Part shown: in pieces, positions 38,261-51,400 of the stretch
How the letters are laid out: the number at the start of each line of letters is the position of its first letter
Numbering within the stretch: position 1 is the stretch's first letter
NCBI GenBank assembly: GCA_000182565.2
Contig: KQ257456.1
Source of the DNA: Spizellomyces punctatus DAOM BR117
Taxonomy: Eukaryota
Length of the DNA: 64,000 bases
Reading direction: 5' to 3' (one strand)
Notes under the pieces: model-generated
Told to the model about the DNA's origin: nothing
Seen by the model: only the letters and a program-made list of their open reading frames with translations
Databases searched by the model: none
Made by a program: the position numbers and the translations under genes

Positions 38261-38478
38261 CGGATGTTAGTACTAGTCGGTTTACTATAGATCTCTATTT
38301 CCTTTTGTACATATTTCGCTTAGATTGGGTAATTGATTCATAAATATCAAGTACTGTGAAGCATTCCGGTTAATGGGGCCACCACTGAAGCGAACTATCC
38401 TTTAAGGAGGAATAAAATCAGATAGGCACAATATTCAGTTACGAGCAAATATACATGAGTTACGAGTACGTTCCCGGA

Positions 38479-39275
38479 CTACGCCGTGCGTAAAATCAGG
38501 TGCACCCCGCTATCTGACTCGACAGGTTGACTGAGCTCACCCACTTGCAGGGCAAAAGCGGCGTTTTCAAACGGTGCTGTTTATCACGTTCCATCCGACT
38601 TAAAAGGGAGGTCAAAACTAATGAGTCAACAAGTGTCCAACTTACGCTGCATTTGACCTCGGCCAAATTGGCCCAGATCTCCACCTCTCTTGGCTGAGCT
38701 ACAGTCACTCTCTGTTTGTGCTAGGGTAGCTAGGTCGGTTTCTCCGCTAACAATGCGCTCACGAAAGGCTGCAGGGGGAATTATCATCGATTCATCTCAT
38801 ATCTGAACCAACAACGCCCACTAACCTGCAATCTTCTTGTGAGCTTCTTCCTTGGTTCGCGTGATATTCTCCTGCAACAAAGCTGAATTTTCAAACACAA
38901 GAAACTTGTGCATACTTTAATCCACACCCACCTCTCGCCAGCTAGAAGGTCTTCGACTTTCTCGGTGTTTGACCAACAAGTGAGACGCGCGAACCGATTG
39001 AGGACCATTCGCACTTCCCTTCACTTCCACTCCGGCCGGCTTATCCCAAAGACTTTCGCCCGTTGTTCTGTTGAAATAGTAAGCCCTGTTACGGCTTTTT
39101 GACCACCGTTCCTGTGGGATAGTTCACGCTGGTCAGGTTCCAGAAATCTGACCACATAACTATCGCTTGACAGGCGCACCTCCCAAGCTTGACTCGCGTC
39201 GGCCTATGAATGTATATGACAGTTGTCAGGATCCTAAGAGCAATATAAGGATACTACAAAGAGGGATGATACCAT
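38479..39275 (-). CDS. ESS1: WW-parvulin peptidyl-prolyl isomerase Ess1/Pin1, multi-exon
   Basis: [27 protein letters not shown] (WW); [63 protein letters not shown]. Confidence 0.95.
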
Positions 39276-39580
39276 TTTGTCGTTGAAGTTTTGATGTTGG
39301 ATCTGGGATTGGGATGAGTAACGGAGGGAAGGTGATTGAAGTGGTGAGCTGCGCCGATTGAATGACATTCGAATGTATCATGGCATGGGCTTGTTGACCT
39401 GCCTGTTTCGCGTACCGACTTTATAGTTGGCTACGATTTTTGACCGGCATCTTCAGTTCAACAGCATCTTTTTCAACGGCCCCTTATTACTCTACCTTGG
39501 ACGAACAAGACTACGCTGCTCTGTTGAACATTTTGGGTAGTCAAACTCTTTAATCAACGTATACTCTGGAGTGAAGCGTT

Positions 39581-40819
39581 ATGGACGCTGTTCAGTCTGC
39601 GGTCGGGGTGAGTGCTCTTATATGTCTGCTATGTGAAGTGAAAGCATGTGCTTCTAGTCTCTTATTGTGTTTATATGCTGTTTCGCAGGGATGGTCGGAC
39701 TGGAAAGACTCGCTATTGGCTGCGCAGGCGGATGGGAGTAAGACCAATTTACAGGTATGGGTTAGGCCAGTGGTGTAGGTAGTTGGTGGACAGTAGTGAA
39801 AATGGAAATGTACTTTGACATGACATGTGTAGCCGGCCGTTGGACACTATACTAGGCAATAGTTCAAGGATTCAAAGTTGTGACTTGGGTGTACTCACAC
39901 ACGTTCATATCGTATAGGCCCTTCTCATGAGTTTCAGCGTTATCCTACTATCCGAAATCGGCGACAAAACCTTCTTCATCGCTGCCATTCTCGCTATGAA
40001 AAACTCACGCTTCCTCATCTTCTCCGCCGCCATGTCCGCCCTTACCGTTATGACAGTCCTTTCCGCGTTTCTGGGTCACATTGCTCCACTATTAATATCA
40101 AAAAGATATACCCAATTAGGCGCCGCCGTGTTATTTTTGGTGTTTGGTGTACGTATGTTAAGGGATGGATGGCGGATGAGCGGGAAAGAAGGACAGGAGG
40201 AATTAAGAGAAGTGGCAGCAGAGTTGGATGAGAAGGAAGGGGCCGAGAAGGCTGATGAAATGGAAGGGGGAGGAAGGACTACGGACACTGGATTTTTTGG
40301 AAGATGGCAGGATAGAATTGGGGGATGCACGAAAAGAATATTATCTCCAATTTGGGTGGAGGGGTTTGTTCTGACATTTTTGGCAGAATGGGGAGATAGA
40401 AGTCAAATCGCGAGTAAGTTTTGATTTCGATTGTTACCCCATTAACAGCCAACTAAGCGCCATTGTCGGGACTGCAGCTGTAGCCTTAGCCGGTGCGGAA
40501 GATTTTTGGTGGGTGACGGTTGGCAGTTTGGCCGGACATGCTATTTGTTCCTCTGTCGCTGTCATGGGCGGTCGCATGGTATGTTGTTTCCTCGGACTGG
40601 TTATTACTTTTTTATGATATAACCTGACCCCCTGTTCCTTGTCAAATAGCTCGCCGCCCGAATTAGTGTCAAGACTGGTATGTGGTCCACTATACTGTCT
40701 TATCTACCGCCTAGAGTTGACACCTGTCACTTTTTACAGTAACGCTGATCGGAGGCCTTCTTTTCATTGTTTTTGGCGTCTTGGCTTTTGGTGAAGCGAC
40801 GACTCTTTCTCTGGATTGA
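39581..40819 (+). CDS. GDT1: GDT1/TMEM165 (UPF0016) Ca2+/Mn2+ transporter, multi-exon
   Basis: Two family motifs: SEIGDKTFFIAAILAM and TFLAEWGDRSQIA. Confidence 0.95.
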
Positions 40820-41260
40820 GTGGGTATACTCTCACACAAATGATTAGGCAGATAGATGGTGTATTTATTGATTTTGACAAAAGACTTCATTAGCATCTAT
40901 TCCTCTTGTGAATGTCAAAACAGACAAATGACATTGGAATGTCAAACACGTGTCATTACTGGTGCGAACCAGCGCTGAGTTTTGCGCTCCGCTCGGCCGC
41001 GTTTTTGTTAAAATGGCTGATGTTTCAAGATTGGAGAAGATTAGAAACTCCAACAAAAAACAGTCTATTTACTGCGCTCCGCCATTTAGCGACCTCTTAC
41101 ATGGCCAGGACTTGTCTTGCGCATTTTGCATTCTCATCTTTGCCGCCTACGTAAAAGCGACGACGCACTGAACAGAGCCAGGTGGACGGCCTTTATCCGT
41201 TAGCCGCTAACCTCGTTCGGCTCGTACAACACTGCTCTCCCCTGAAAGACCTCGGACATC

Positions 41261-42586
41261 ATGAATCCGGACGAGAAACACGGCTACCCTGCCCATCCGT
41301 ACCCTACAAACCCAGAGTACAATCCCGAAATGTACGGGCCGCCTCCTCAGTACGGAATGAATCCTTCCTACCCATACGCCCCGCCGTCGGAGAGCGGACA
41401 CATGGTTCATCAGGACAGTGCAACTACGGTAACGACGAATGCTGATGGAAATATTTTCAGTCGTGTAGTCAACTGACGTGTTTCGGTGGTATTTTGATAA
41501 AACAGCTGCACTCAATGCCAACCCAATCGGAATACAGCTATCCTCCTCCTCCGGGTTCGACACTCGGTTATCGTCCCTCTACAGACCAAGCAACTGGCGC
41601 ATACCATGGCACCAGTCGACCCCCGTCCCTTCTTCGCAAAGATTCTCCTCTCCCCTATAATCCACTTTATGATAAAGACGACGACCACGGAATTGGTGGT
41701 ACGCGATACTGCTGCGGGTGCTTCAAAACTCGCCGTAACTGCGTGGGATGCTGTTGTTTCCTCCTTCTATTCGTCTTGGCCGGTGTGGGTGTCGCTGTTT
41801 TCTTTCTGTTCCCGAGAATTCCCGACATTGTAGTTTCGGATGTCTATTTTCCGTCATCACCGGCGGGATTTAAGGTCCCCGCCAAAGGTCCTGGGTCCAG
41901 CTGGAGGCCTGGCTTCAGTGATGATGGTTCCCTTGTCAGCGCTACAAAGGCCAGTCCTTACACATTCTCTATTGGCATTGGTGTCAATATTTCTGTGGCT
42001 TCAGAAAACTATGTGTCTTTCAACGTGAAGACACTTACAATATCGGTAAGTCATTGTCTAGCATATCTGCCCCACACACCAGAACATACATACTCATCAG
42101 TCTCCTGTAATGTAGGGCACGTTGAAGAATAACAACGGGCAGCTTGTAGACACTACAAATTCAGCTAATAAGCTGTCCACTAGCTCTGTTGTCAATGATA
42201 TCGACTTCCCAGGAAGGCAAACTACGGTGGTGCAACTACCAATCGCTATCAACTACACCATCACGGAGCCCGTTCAAATTCCGAGCGATCCGGTTCTCGG
42301 AGTACTCCTTCAAGCCTGCGGCATTTTTGCGAATGGGGGCTCAGCAGGAAGGATTCGCATGCAGATCGTCGCCATCGTCGACTTGAAAATCATTTCCTGG
42401 ACGGGACAAAAGATTACAAGCAAGAAGGATGTGGACTTTGAGTGTCCCAGCAATGTCGCGGGCGAATTGGCAAAGAAGTTTGGTCAAAACGTGCTGGGCG
42501 GTGCTCTTAATGCGTTAGGAAATGCGGTTGAGGGGAAGGATCCTCAAGATTTGCTGAGCAATGTGCTGGGACGAAGGACGGGCTAA
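41261..42586 (+). CDS. Type II membrane protein with a Pro/Tyr-rich N-terminus, Cys-rich juxtamembrane segment and LEA_2-like lumenal domain
   Basis: RYCCGCFKTRRNCVGCCC, TM segment ending FFLFPRIPDI, VNISVASENYVSFNVKTLT, IDFPGRQTTVVQLPIAINY. Confidence 0.75.
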
Positions 42587-43675
42587 TGGATATACTCGTA
42601 TATTATCTGATTAGGATATGTAGAAATGTTGTCATATATTGGAATTCCTGTGATGCGTTAATATCATATATCTCCGTAAATTCTGGCTCTTTTGATGTGT
42701 GAACATGTTACAGTAGCCTATCATATAGATTGTTGCGCTAGTGATTTACTGGCGCTTACATAGTCCTCTCAAGGAACCGCTGTCCCATCCTCCAATCTTA
42801 CTGACATCATATGCCCTCTCTACGGCCCAACCTATCTATCTGCTCATCAAACTAGTACCCATGTGCTCGTTCATACGCGATCTCCTCATGGTCGTTGACA
42901 CGTTCTGTAGCAAGGATAGCCTACTCTTGATGTCGTGGATACTTTGTAAGGATGCACCATACCTTTGGATCGATGATATCCGACACTCATTCATCAAGTT
43001 CCGCATCAAAGTTCCCGCTGCCTACACTGAATTGAAAGTCAGCAAGTCTGTTGGAATGAGGCCAACCAAGGTGGTCGATACCATTCACCCTCGGGTGTTA
43101 CGTTAAGTGCCGCTAAAAGCTGGTGTTCGGCGGGATCAGTGACATGCGCCATACCATCGATTCCAAGCAGATAATAATAAGGTGGTGAAATCTCAAAAAG
43201 TCTAATTATACCGTGATACTAGAGCTTTGATGGCAAGTTTGAACAATAGAGTCATATGCTCCGCAATGAAAAGACCAGTAATCATCATAGATCGCAACCA
43301 GCTTACTGCCACCTGAATGGCGCGCTGCCAGCTCACAGCGTGGTTATATATATCAACCCTTTGGACTTGCGTTACGGCCGCGACTTCGGATCGAAGCACA
43401 CTCCTACAGGCTCTGGAACGAGGGCCGCACCATTCGCCGGGACATCCTAACAAAGAGCTCAGGTTCTCGGGACTCTAGGACTTTGCGCGTTTTTGGTTGT
43501 GATTAGATTCGGGGGGTTGCAAAAGATGTAGTAGTGCCTCTCGATGACTTTGTCTCTATAGTTTATACGTTTACTGGAAATCTGGGATGCAAGCAGCTTA
43601 GTCAGCACCGATCGGGCACGTGCAAGCCATTGATTGTCGTTGTTTGACGGGAGTTCCACTCAGATCAACAGTATC

Positions 43676-44701
43676 ATGTCGACGGATCTCACCTATCTTT
43701 GGCCAGTCGTCCACGACGCTGTGCACCAGTTTGCGTCGTCGCCTCTCCTTCCTTTGATTCATGCTGTGGGAGTTGCGGTAAGAGGGTCAATCAAGGTGAT
43801 TTTTGCCAAAGCGATGTCAGCTCATACCCATCAGTATCATCTGAGGAAAGCCTTCCCGCCGCAAAAGGACGAGCCGTTCTTACAAGGATTCCGTATGTTG
43901 TTTGTTAGTGATATGCTTACTGTCAGGTTGCTGAAATGTCATTTTGGCTGCAGTCCGCCATATACTTGTTGCACTGGGCGGTGGAACTTTGGCAGGTATG
44001 TAGATCCTCGCTCCAAGGGCTACTCAATCTACGAGGCGTGTATATGGCAAATGATCTAATGCAGTGATTCTTTAGCCATCTTGACTGCTCGGCCGGTTCC
44101 GATCTTGTTGTCCAATAGTTTGTTACCACTATACACACTCGGTCACATTGCCGTCTTTTACACGCCTTTCGTCTACACTATCCTACGAGCAATCTACTTC
44201 ACGTTCGAGCCTCTTTGGATTGTCACCGATGCTTTCGCTCGCTCCTGGGCATTATGCTACGGATTAGATGGATTCCGCGCGCACCCAACATACGGGGCTG
44301 TCGCCAGGGAAGCGATTATAGGACAGTTAGCATTAGGTGTGGTGAGTGTGACCGCTGGGGGAATTATGTTCAAGTGGTTTACAGGCATCAAGAGATATCA
44401 CTATCCTGGATGGAATTTCTCGGTAGTGATTCTTGCGACGACCTTCTATGTTGCATTTGTAAACGAAGAGCTGAAGGCCGCTGCAGTAGAGCACATTAGG
44501 CCTTTGAGCGTCTACGGGAAGAAGGTTGGCGTTCCGGAGGTTCTGGGGAGCGGAGATATGCGGATTATCTGTGGGCTGGTTATGGCTGTTGGATTTCTTT
44601 TGGGTGAGATGGTCCCCGTCTCAAACTCGAAAACCCAGCTTCCTCCAAAAGTGGTTGTGAAATCCAAGGTTGCTCCGAGCAAGTCTGGCAAAAAGGACTG
44701 A
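43676..44701 (+). CDS. Multi-pass membrane protein, TRIC/TMEM38-like, about 4 exons
   Basis: SAILVALGGGTLA|AILTARPVPILLSNSLLPLY...FYTP, DAFARSWALCYG and a second GGG repeat (VSVTAGGIM); C-terminal basic tail. Confidence 0.65.
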
Positions 44702-44973
44702 GGCATAATCTAGAAACACTAGAAAGTCAGTTTGATAGAATCCATCAATATATCTATGGCAAATTACGATGGGAAACAACAAACTTTGCTCCGTGTTCTG
44801 TTAAAAAGGCATGGCTGCTTTGTTCGTTCCATGGTCACAAAGTACATCAAAATATATTCAGCACAAGAAACGACTATAGACCAATGAAATCCTACCCCTC
44901 CGTTATGCAAAATACTACAATGTCAAACATGTGTGCCTAATAAAATGTCAGTTTCTGCCACCTACCAAGGCGT

Positions 44974-47042
44974 CTACTTATGGGACACTTCCAGAAACAA
45001 CCCATCCTTAAAACCAGTCGTAATACTGGAACGAATCCTAAAAGACTGTTCTTGTACAAGGGTAAACTTGTACTTTCGAACAAGCTGGATCACCGCGACT
45101 TTGGATTCAATCATGGCAATCTTTTGGCCGATACCTAGTTTCTTTGTCAGTCCTAACCATTTCTTTCCAGGTGAACGATTCCCAACACCAAAGGATTACT
45201 CACAGTTCATTGGTCCATCACCAAACGGCAAATACGTCCCAGCGCGTGGATTGAACCCATTGTCCCATCTCGATGGATCAAACTCGAGTGGCCGATCCCA
45301 ATATCTTGTGTCCCTATGGATCTGGCGGATAGCCACAAACACGGTGGCTCCTGCAGGAACATGGTGGCCCATGATCTCAACGTTTTTATTGGCTTCACGG
45401 GGAATGCCGCTAACGACTGGGTGAAGACGAAGAGTCTCTTTCACGACTTGTTCAACGTATCTGGAAAGTGAGATACAACATTCAATTAGATAGGGCCTCA
45501 GGAATTTGTGTCAAATGCGAACGCACTTTAGAGATGCAAGGTTTTCATGATTAGGCTCCCCATCGGGTCCAAGCACATCATTGATTTCTTGTTCGATGTT
45601 GGCCATAATATCAGGATGACGTGATAGTTCCCAAAAGACATTGGTGAGAGCGTTGGCAGTTGTTCTAGATAATCGTAAAAAGAGTCAGTCTAGTAAAGCG
45701 TATCGTACTATGTTTCTGCAAGGTCACCAACTCACTCGTGCCCGGCTAGGAAAAACGCAAAGACCTCGTCCATAATCTCCTGGTCTGTGAAATCCTGCGC
45801 ACGACATAAAGAGCTACATTAGGAATACATCTAGTACCGTGAAACGACTCCCATGCACATACCTCTCCACCACCCTTGGAAGCATCCAGCAGCCTATCCA
45901 GTAAATCCAGATTCCATTTACTCTTTTCCTCTGCATCCGGTGATGCCATGCGCGCGCGTTTCTTTTCAATAACATCGCGAAGGATAGTGTTGATGTACTT
46001 GATGGATTTTTGAGCGTCCTTTTCCCCAAGACCAAAGTAGGACCACAAAAAGGGTGGAACAGCGAAACGCTAGGTTCGATCGCGCTCAAGATTAGTGGAA
46101 ACGTCACCATCGGACTCCATGTTGCTTGTTGCCTCACCTTTATAACCGTAGCAAATACCTCATTAATCAGAAACATGTCCTTGTGGGCGACTGCATCGTT
46201 CATCAACTCAATCGACTTGAAATTGTACGAGAATGCAACCTTGCCACTATGTTGACAAGTTATGCCAGTTAGTCAGTTCTTTGTCGAAATTGCGAACCAA
46301 CATGGACACGCACATGACATCCAAAGTCAGGTTCGAGAATGCTTCGTGGATGTTGACAGTGATGCTTTTCTTTCCGTTTGCCAAAGCGTTTTTGAGGAGC
46401 CCATCCCAGAGATCAGTTAGAGACCGCGTGACTTCAACGGCAACTTCCGTAGAAAGACGCAAGTGATGCGGGCCAAACGCAGGCTGCAGAAACTTTCGAT
46501 GTTTCTTCCAGTCAGGACCGGAAGGAATTACAAAGAGACCATAGTGGGCAAAATCCCTGCCGTGACCAGGAGAACATAAATTCCAAGTTTATGCTGTGTT
46601 ACCCAAATGGGTGGTGTCATACTTGTGCATCCGTTGTAACAGAGAACCTCTGCAAAACTCTGCTTTGCTAAGATCTCCGGCTGCTGTGCCAGCCAGTATC
46701 CTTTTGGCCTGATCGGCATCGCAGACCACTACTTCCCGCCGCGAGAATATTCTGATCTCAAAAATGTTTCCATATGTTGCATTCAGTATCTCGCCCATAC
46801 GCCAGCCTTGTTCATGGCGCATATAACTTTTGGGATGATGGAGACTTTAGATAATAGTTGTGTGAACTTATGACTTGCGCTTTTGCTGCTTACGGGTATA
46901 CAAGTGGGAGGCTTCCTATGATAGGCCATGGTTTCGGGCCAGGTAAAGTCGACTTTGTGGTGCGCTGGGACAAGAGAACTAGACCAATAACTATAGCCAA
47001 TACGGCTGTCAAAATTGGGTGGCTTGCTATCAGTTCGAGCAT
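44974..47042 (-). CDS. Cytochrome P450, multi-exon
   Basis: N-terminal anchor followed by LPGPKPWPIIGSL; AGHE|TT; KETLRLHP; EFDPSRW; heme motif YLPFGDGPMNC|IGQK. Confidence 0.95.
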
Positions 47043-47478
47043 GGCGAAAAAGGGGGACTGCTGCAAATCCAAGTATCCCAAGCAGAATAACCAGATGGTG
47101 TAGAGAGTAACGCGTCCGAAAGTCTCGTCAATACACAAGGTGTATACAAGACACTTAATAATCAGCAATGTGGAGCACAAAAGTTGCAAATGCTTCAACA
47201 ACCAGACCAACGCTTTTATACTGCTCAACCAATGACCCAAGCGGTCGGCTTTCGGGAATCCGAATTCGGCTGACGAGTAGTGTCCCCGCTCGGTGCCCTT
47301 TAAGCGGATAATTAGCTAAGCAAGGCTTTGCTACCCCACAATATCATGTGATATCACGTTGCTGAAGTGGGCTTGGGCGATGCGACCTTCAACTCGCTAT
47401 GGTGATCTAGACAGTGAACGCATGTGAATGGGTGGATGCCAGTAGCTGCGGTCGGTTAAGGTGCATGGCAGGGTGGTC

Positions 47479-49925
47479 ATGTCGGCAACTGAGAGGAGGC
47501 AATGTGCAGAAATTGTAAGGAGTCCCCAAAAAACTAGAACCCAATAACTTGCTCTTTCAGAATTCAGAATTTGACCATGAGCAATTGTCAATTATAGATC
47601 TCACTATCCAAAAATCCTCAGTTCCCATGCCTATACTTGGAATTCCAGCATGTTCCCTTTCTTTTGGATTGTGCGCTTGAATTCCTCAGACCTCCCACCA
47701 GCGTTCACAATGCCCCCATCGCCGACGCAAGTGTCAAGCTCATTGTGCCACGCGTATCGGAAATATCGATAGAGCAAGTCGACTTTATCCTCATCACCAA
47801 CTCCTACAATATTCTCGCTCTACCCTTCATCACCGAGTACACGGCTTTCAAGGGCAGAATATTTGCAACCGAGCCCACGGTCGAGTTTGGACGGTTGGTT
47901 GACGGCGCTGGTGGGAGATCTCTCATTTTGGAGAGTCGCTAAATAGATCGATTCTAGGCTTCTGATGGAAGAAATGGTTGGAAACCTTTCGAGGTACTTT
48001 ATTGTCAGCACTGAACGTGTCCGTTACGCGCGATAAAGTGGAAGCTCTAATGAGCTCCTCGGTCGCAGAGATCCGTATACCGGCGTGGCCAACTATCTAG
48101 TGCACTTTGAGAAGGAGGTGCATCCGCTTTACTCCCTGCATGATATCGAGAGCTGTATCTCCAAAATTGAAAGAGTGCATTACTCTGAGTACTTGGTAAG
48201 AGTCCCTTGTTGCAGCTAGCAACAAGTAACGTTTCAGGTACTGACGATGCGAGATAGGACCTAGGCGGAGATGTGGAGATTGTAGCTCGAAGTTCTGGTT
48301 TTTGTCTTGGTGGTGCAAACTGGATGATTAAATCTCCTAATGCAACGGTGAGAGTAAAGAATATCACCAGCAAGAAGTTAATCAGTCATGTAATTTTCGG
48401 TTTGGCAGGTCACGTATATGGCTGCTTCATCGAATAGTAGAATTGGGCATTCAACCGTGATTGACGTAGTTCCGTTCTCCAAAACCGATGCCACGATTGT
48501 GGCACAGTTGGGGACGGCCCCAAGTCGTCCTCTTGGAGATATGATAACGAACATGCTCAACATACTTGGTACGAATTGTAGTCTGCAGTGTCGTCAGTTT
48601 TGTACTTTTTACAAATATTCTCGACAGTGAAAACGCTTGAACAGGGGGGCAATGTGCTACTTCCAGTCAATCCGTGCGGCACCATGTTCGAGCTCATCGC
48701 CATTATCTCAGAATACCTACGATCATGTGGACTGGTGACGACGCCGATTCATATTGTGTCATCAATAGCGAAACGGTCTCTCCACCTTGCGAATATCCAA
48801 GGTGAATGGTAAGAGCAGCTGCCTCGCAATCAAGTACCGTTGCAGCTTGATCATATCGATTGCAGGATGAGCTTGGAAAAACAAGCGAATCTATATGAGG
48901 CTCGGCAACCTTTGATACATGGACGATTACTTGAGGACAAGCTGCTGTTTCATCATGACTTTTCCGCATCCGTGTACCAATATCGAGGGCCATACATTGT
49001 TTTTGTTGGACATCCCTCTTTACAGGCGGGACAAGTACGCGATTTTCTAAACGTCTGGAAGAATGATCCAAGGAATTTGATGGTTGTCACAGGTCAGCCC
49101 GCTGTGTGAGCGGATTGGTGACGGTGTACTAACAGCCCTTGATTGCAAACAGAATTGTTGAACGTTCCACCTGTCAAACGGGGATCTGCAGAGATAATGA
49201 AGATGCAGATATGCAAATGTCCGATGGAAACAAGGCTTGATTTGAATGAAATAGCGACACGCACGAATGCAAAAAATCTGGTCATTCCCCTCCGCGCTGG
49301 AGTGACTATTCCGGAGGTTCCTCCCACCTTGCAAAAGGGAACTATGTTTACTCCGCTATCACCCTTTCAATCTACACACATACCTTTTGACAGAGATTTT
49401 GTGAGATGTAGCGTTATGGATCAGGTACGGTTTTGTTTGGTCTACATTAGTGACTGTTCACACTTTTGCATACTTACCTTACCATTGGACGTAGGATTTG
49501 AAAGATTTTGCACCAATCTTACTGGAGGCCCAATCAGAGCACCGTTCTGTTGTCGTCAGCGGCAATCTATTGCATCAGGATAAGCTTACCTGTCAAATAC
49601 GCAAGATAATCGCACCTTTTGACGCATCAGCTGGGCGTGTACGGCCTACAGCTGAGGAAATTGCAGCCCGATGTGGAGGAGAGGTAAATATTTCCCATGA
49701 CATATTTTGAAGATTCCGACCCTTGCTAAAAAAAAATTACTGGGTTTTCAGTTTGGATCACATACAATTCATTGGATCCCCAATGGTTATGTCATTGAGT
49801 GGGATACTCTTCGCCTGAGTGCTCACGCTGACGATTTTCAAATAGAGGGTTCTGATATGGGCGATATGGATCGGTTAAGAGCCCTCGTAGTAGAGTTTGT
49901 GAAATCACCAATTCAAAAGACATGA
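47479..49925 (+). CDS. INTS9: Integrator complex subunit 9 (inactive MBL/beta-CASP), multi-exon
   Basis: ISLSKNPQFPCLYLEFQHVPFLLDCAL; DFILITNSYNILALPFITEYTAFKGRIFATEPTVEFGR|LLMEEMV; SSGFCLGGANWMI; GGNVLLPVNPCGTMFELI; IVFVGHPSLQAG; CPMETRL. No HxHxDH motif. Confidence 0.88.
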
Positions 49926-50289
49926 GAATTTGTGGCATTGGTTAAAGTAGTCGTTATATGCACCCTGTTAATAATGCTATTGGAAATATAAAAACTCGAA
50001 ACCTCGTCAACTTCAATCGATCGAATCTGGCTGCCTGCCACAGTCACAAAGTATGGGGCACAGTCATGCAATGCAGTTTCAAAAATGTTTCTGACGAGCC
50101 CTTGCAAAACTGCAGTGATAGAACCCTTTTCAAAACACACTTTTTGCTCGGATCGTGTGGTCCCCACGCAGAGACGCAGATTCTCACTCCCCCACTTGGC
50201 GTTGTTTTTGTGTTCGAAACGGCCCGTTGTTCCAGGATATATAGGAAGGACGATCCAGTCTCGGGGCCCCATCCCTTCCACGTAGCACA

Positions 50290-51174
50290 ATGCCAGACCT
50301 GATTCAACTTCCAGTGGAACTTCAAAGTCAAGTCTTTGCTCACATAAAGTATCCCGCAGCGTTTGCCGCGACATGCAAGCACATATATACCCTCTCAACC
50401 ATCAAGTCAGTCCGACGGCTCTGGCTTTGGTACAATGCCGAGTGGCTAGAGGAAGAATGGACACGATGCGTGGGTCCACGAAGTTTGGATGGACATGTCT
50501 ATTCAAAGAGTAAACTACGGGGAGTTCCTTACCGCATGCTGGCCAACCCTGATTTCGTCGAAACCTTTTTGGACATGCGCGGAAAAGATGCGAATGATAT
50601 CATTTGCAACAGGATTCTTCAGTGGAGTGTACCTGGGAACCACGCACGAATTGTTGAAAAGCTCCTTTCCAGAACGCCTAGACTGCATATACCCTCGCAG
50701 ACGGTTGAGGCTCTGTTTCTTAGTTCTGCTGTGGCGGGATACACTGCTATCCTAAAGTGTTTGGTTACCCACCGCTTTGAGGACGTATCGAGGAGATTGC
50801 ATTTGGCCGGGGTGCTAGCTTCTAGGCACGGACGAGCAGATGTGGTTCGCTTTCTGTGTTTCGAGACGTCGTGCGATCCCTTCCTGGAAAGACCTAATGG
50901 GCTGGAGTTGGCCGCTGTCTGTGGACATGTAGAGGTTGTCAGAATATTGGTGCAGGTTTGGGCAAGGAAGAAATTGCAGGGTGTGGATCAGTCCATGGTG
51001 AAGTTGGAGGAGCATCTGTTGCGCAAGGCGGTTGACAGAGGCAATGTTGAGGTAGTGGGAGTGCTGTTGGAGAGTGGATTCACGTGGGGAATGAACGGTT
51101 CGGCAGAGTCGGCGTTCGCAAATCGGTTCGACCAGATGGTAACCTTTTCGAGAGCGCAGTGTGCTACTATCTGA
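50290..51174 (+). CDS. F-box-like N-terminus plus ankyrin-repeat protein
   Basis: LIQLPVELQSQVFAHI; ankyrin-like ASRHGRADVVRFL, AAVCGHVEVVRIL, AVDRGNVEVVGVLL; single exon. Confidence 0.75.
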   Translation: MPDLIQLPVELQSQVFAHIKYPAAFAATCKHIYTLSTIKSVRRLWLWYNAEWLEEEWTRCVGPRSLDGHVYSKSKLRGVPYRMLANPDFVETFLDMRGKDANDIICNRILQWSVPGNHARIVEKLLSRTPRLHIPSQTVEALFLSSAVAGYTAILKCLVTHRFEDVSRRLHLAGVLASRHGRADVVRFLCFETSCDPFLERPNGLELAAVCGHVEVVRILVQVWARKKLQGVDQSMVKLEEHLLRKAVDRGNVEVVGVLLESGFTWGMNGSAESAFANRFDQMVTFSRAQCATI

Positions 51175-51400
51175 ATTCGAATATAATATTGCATAGCGAA
51201 AAGTGATTCATACCCAAAATCACATAAATACATAATTATCTTTAAACCGTTATTATTAAAAAACTTTAAAGTGTGCAAGGCGCAAGACGCAAAATCACAA
51301 AGCAGAGGCCCCTCTCCAACCCCTAAATAAACTGTTATGCTACAAAATAAACTATAGTACACGAGGGTCGGGTATGAAGCGATATCCAAAGACGAAATGC

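Noticed and set aside
42880..43030. Cluster of in-frame TGA codons suggesting selenocysteine recoding
   Set aside because: No selenoprotein-like motif and no SECIS-like element seen; better explained as ordinary stops or UTR.
43200..43305. AUGAUGA box C-like word in a putative minus-strand intron
   Set aside because: No downstream CUGA box D and no terminal stem.
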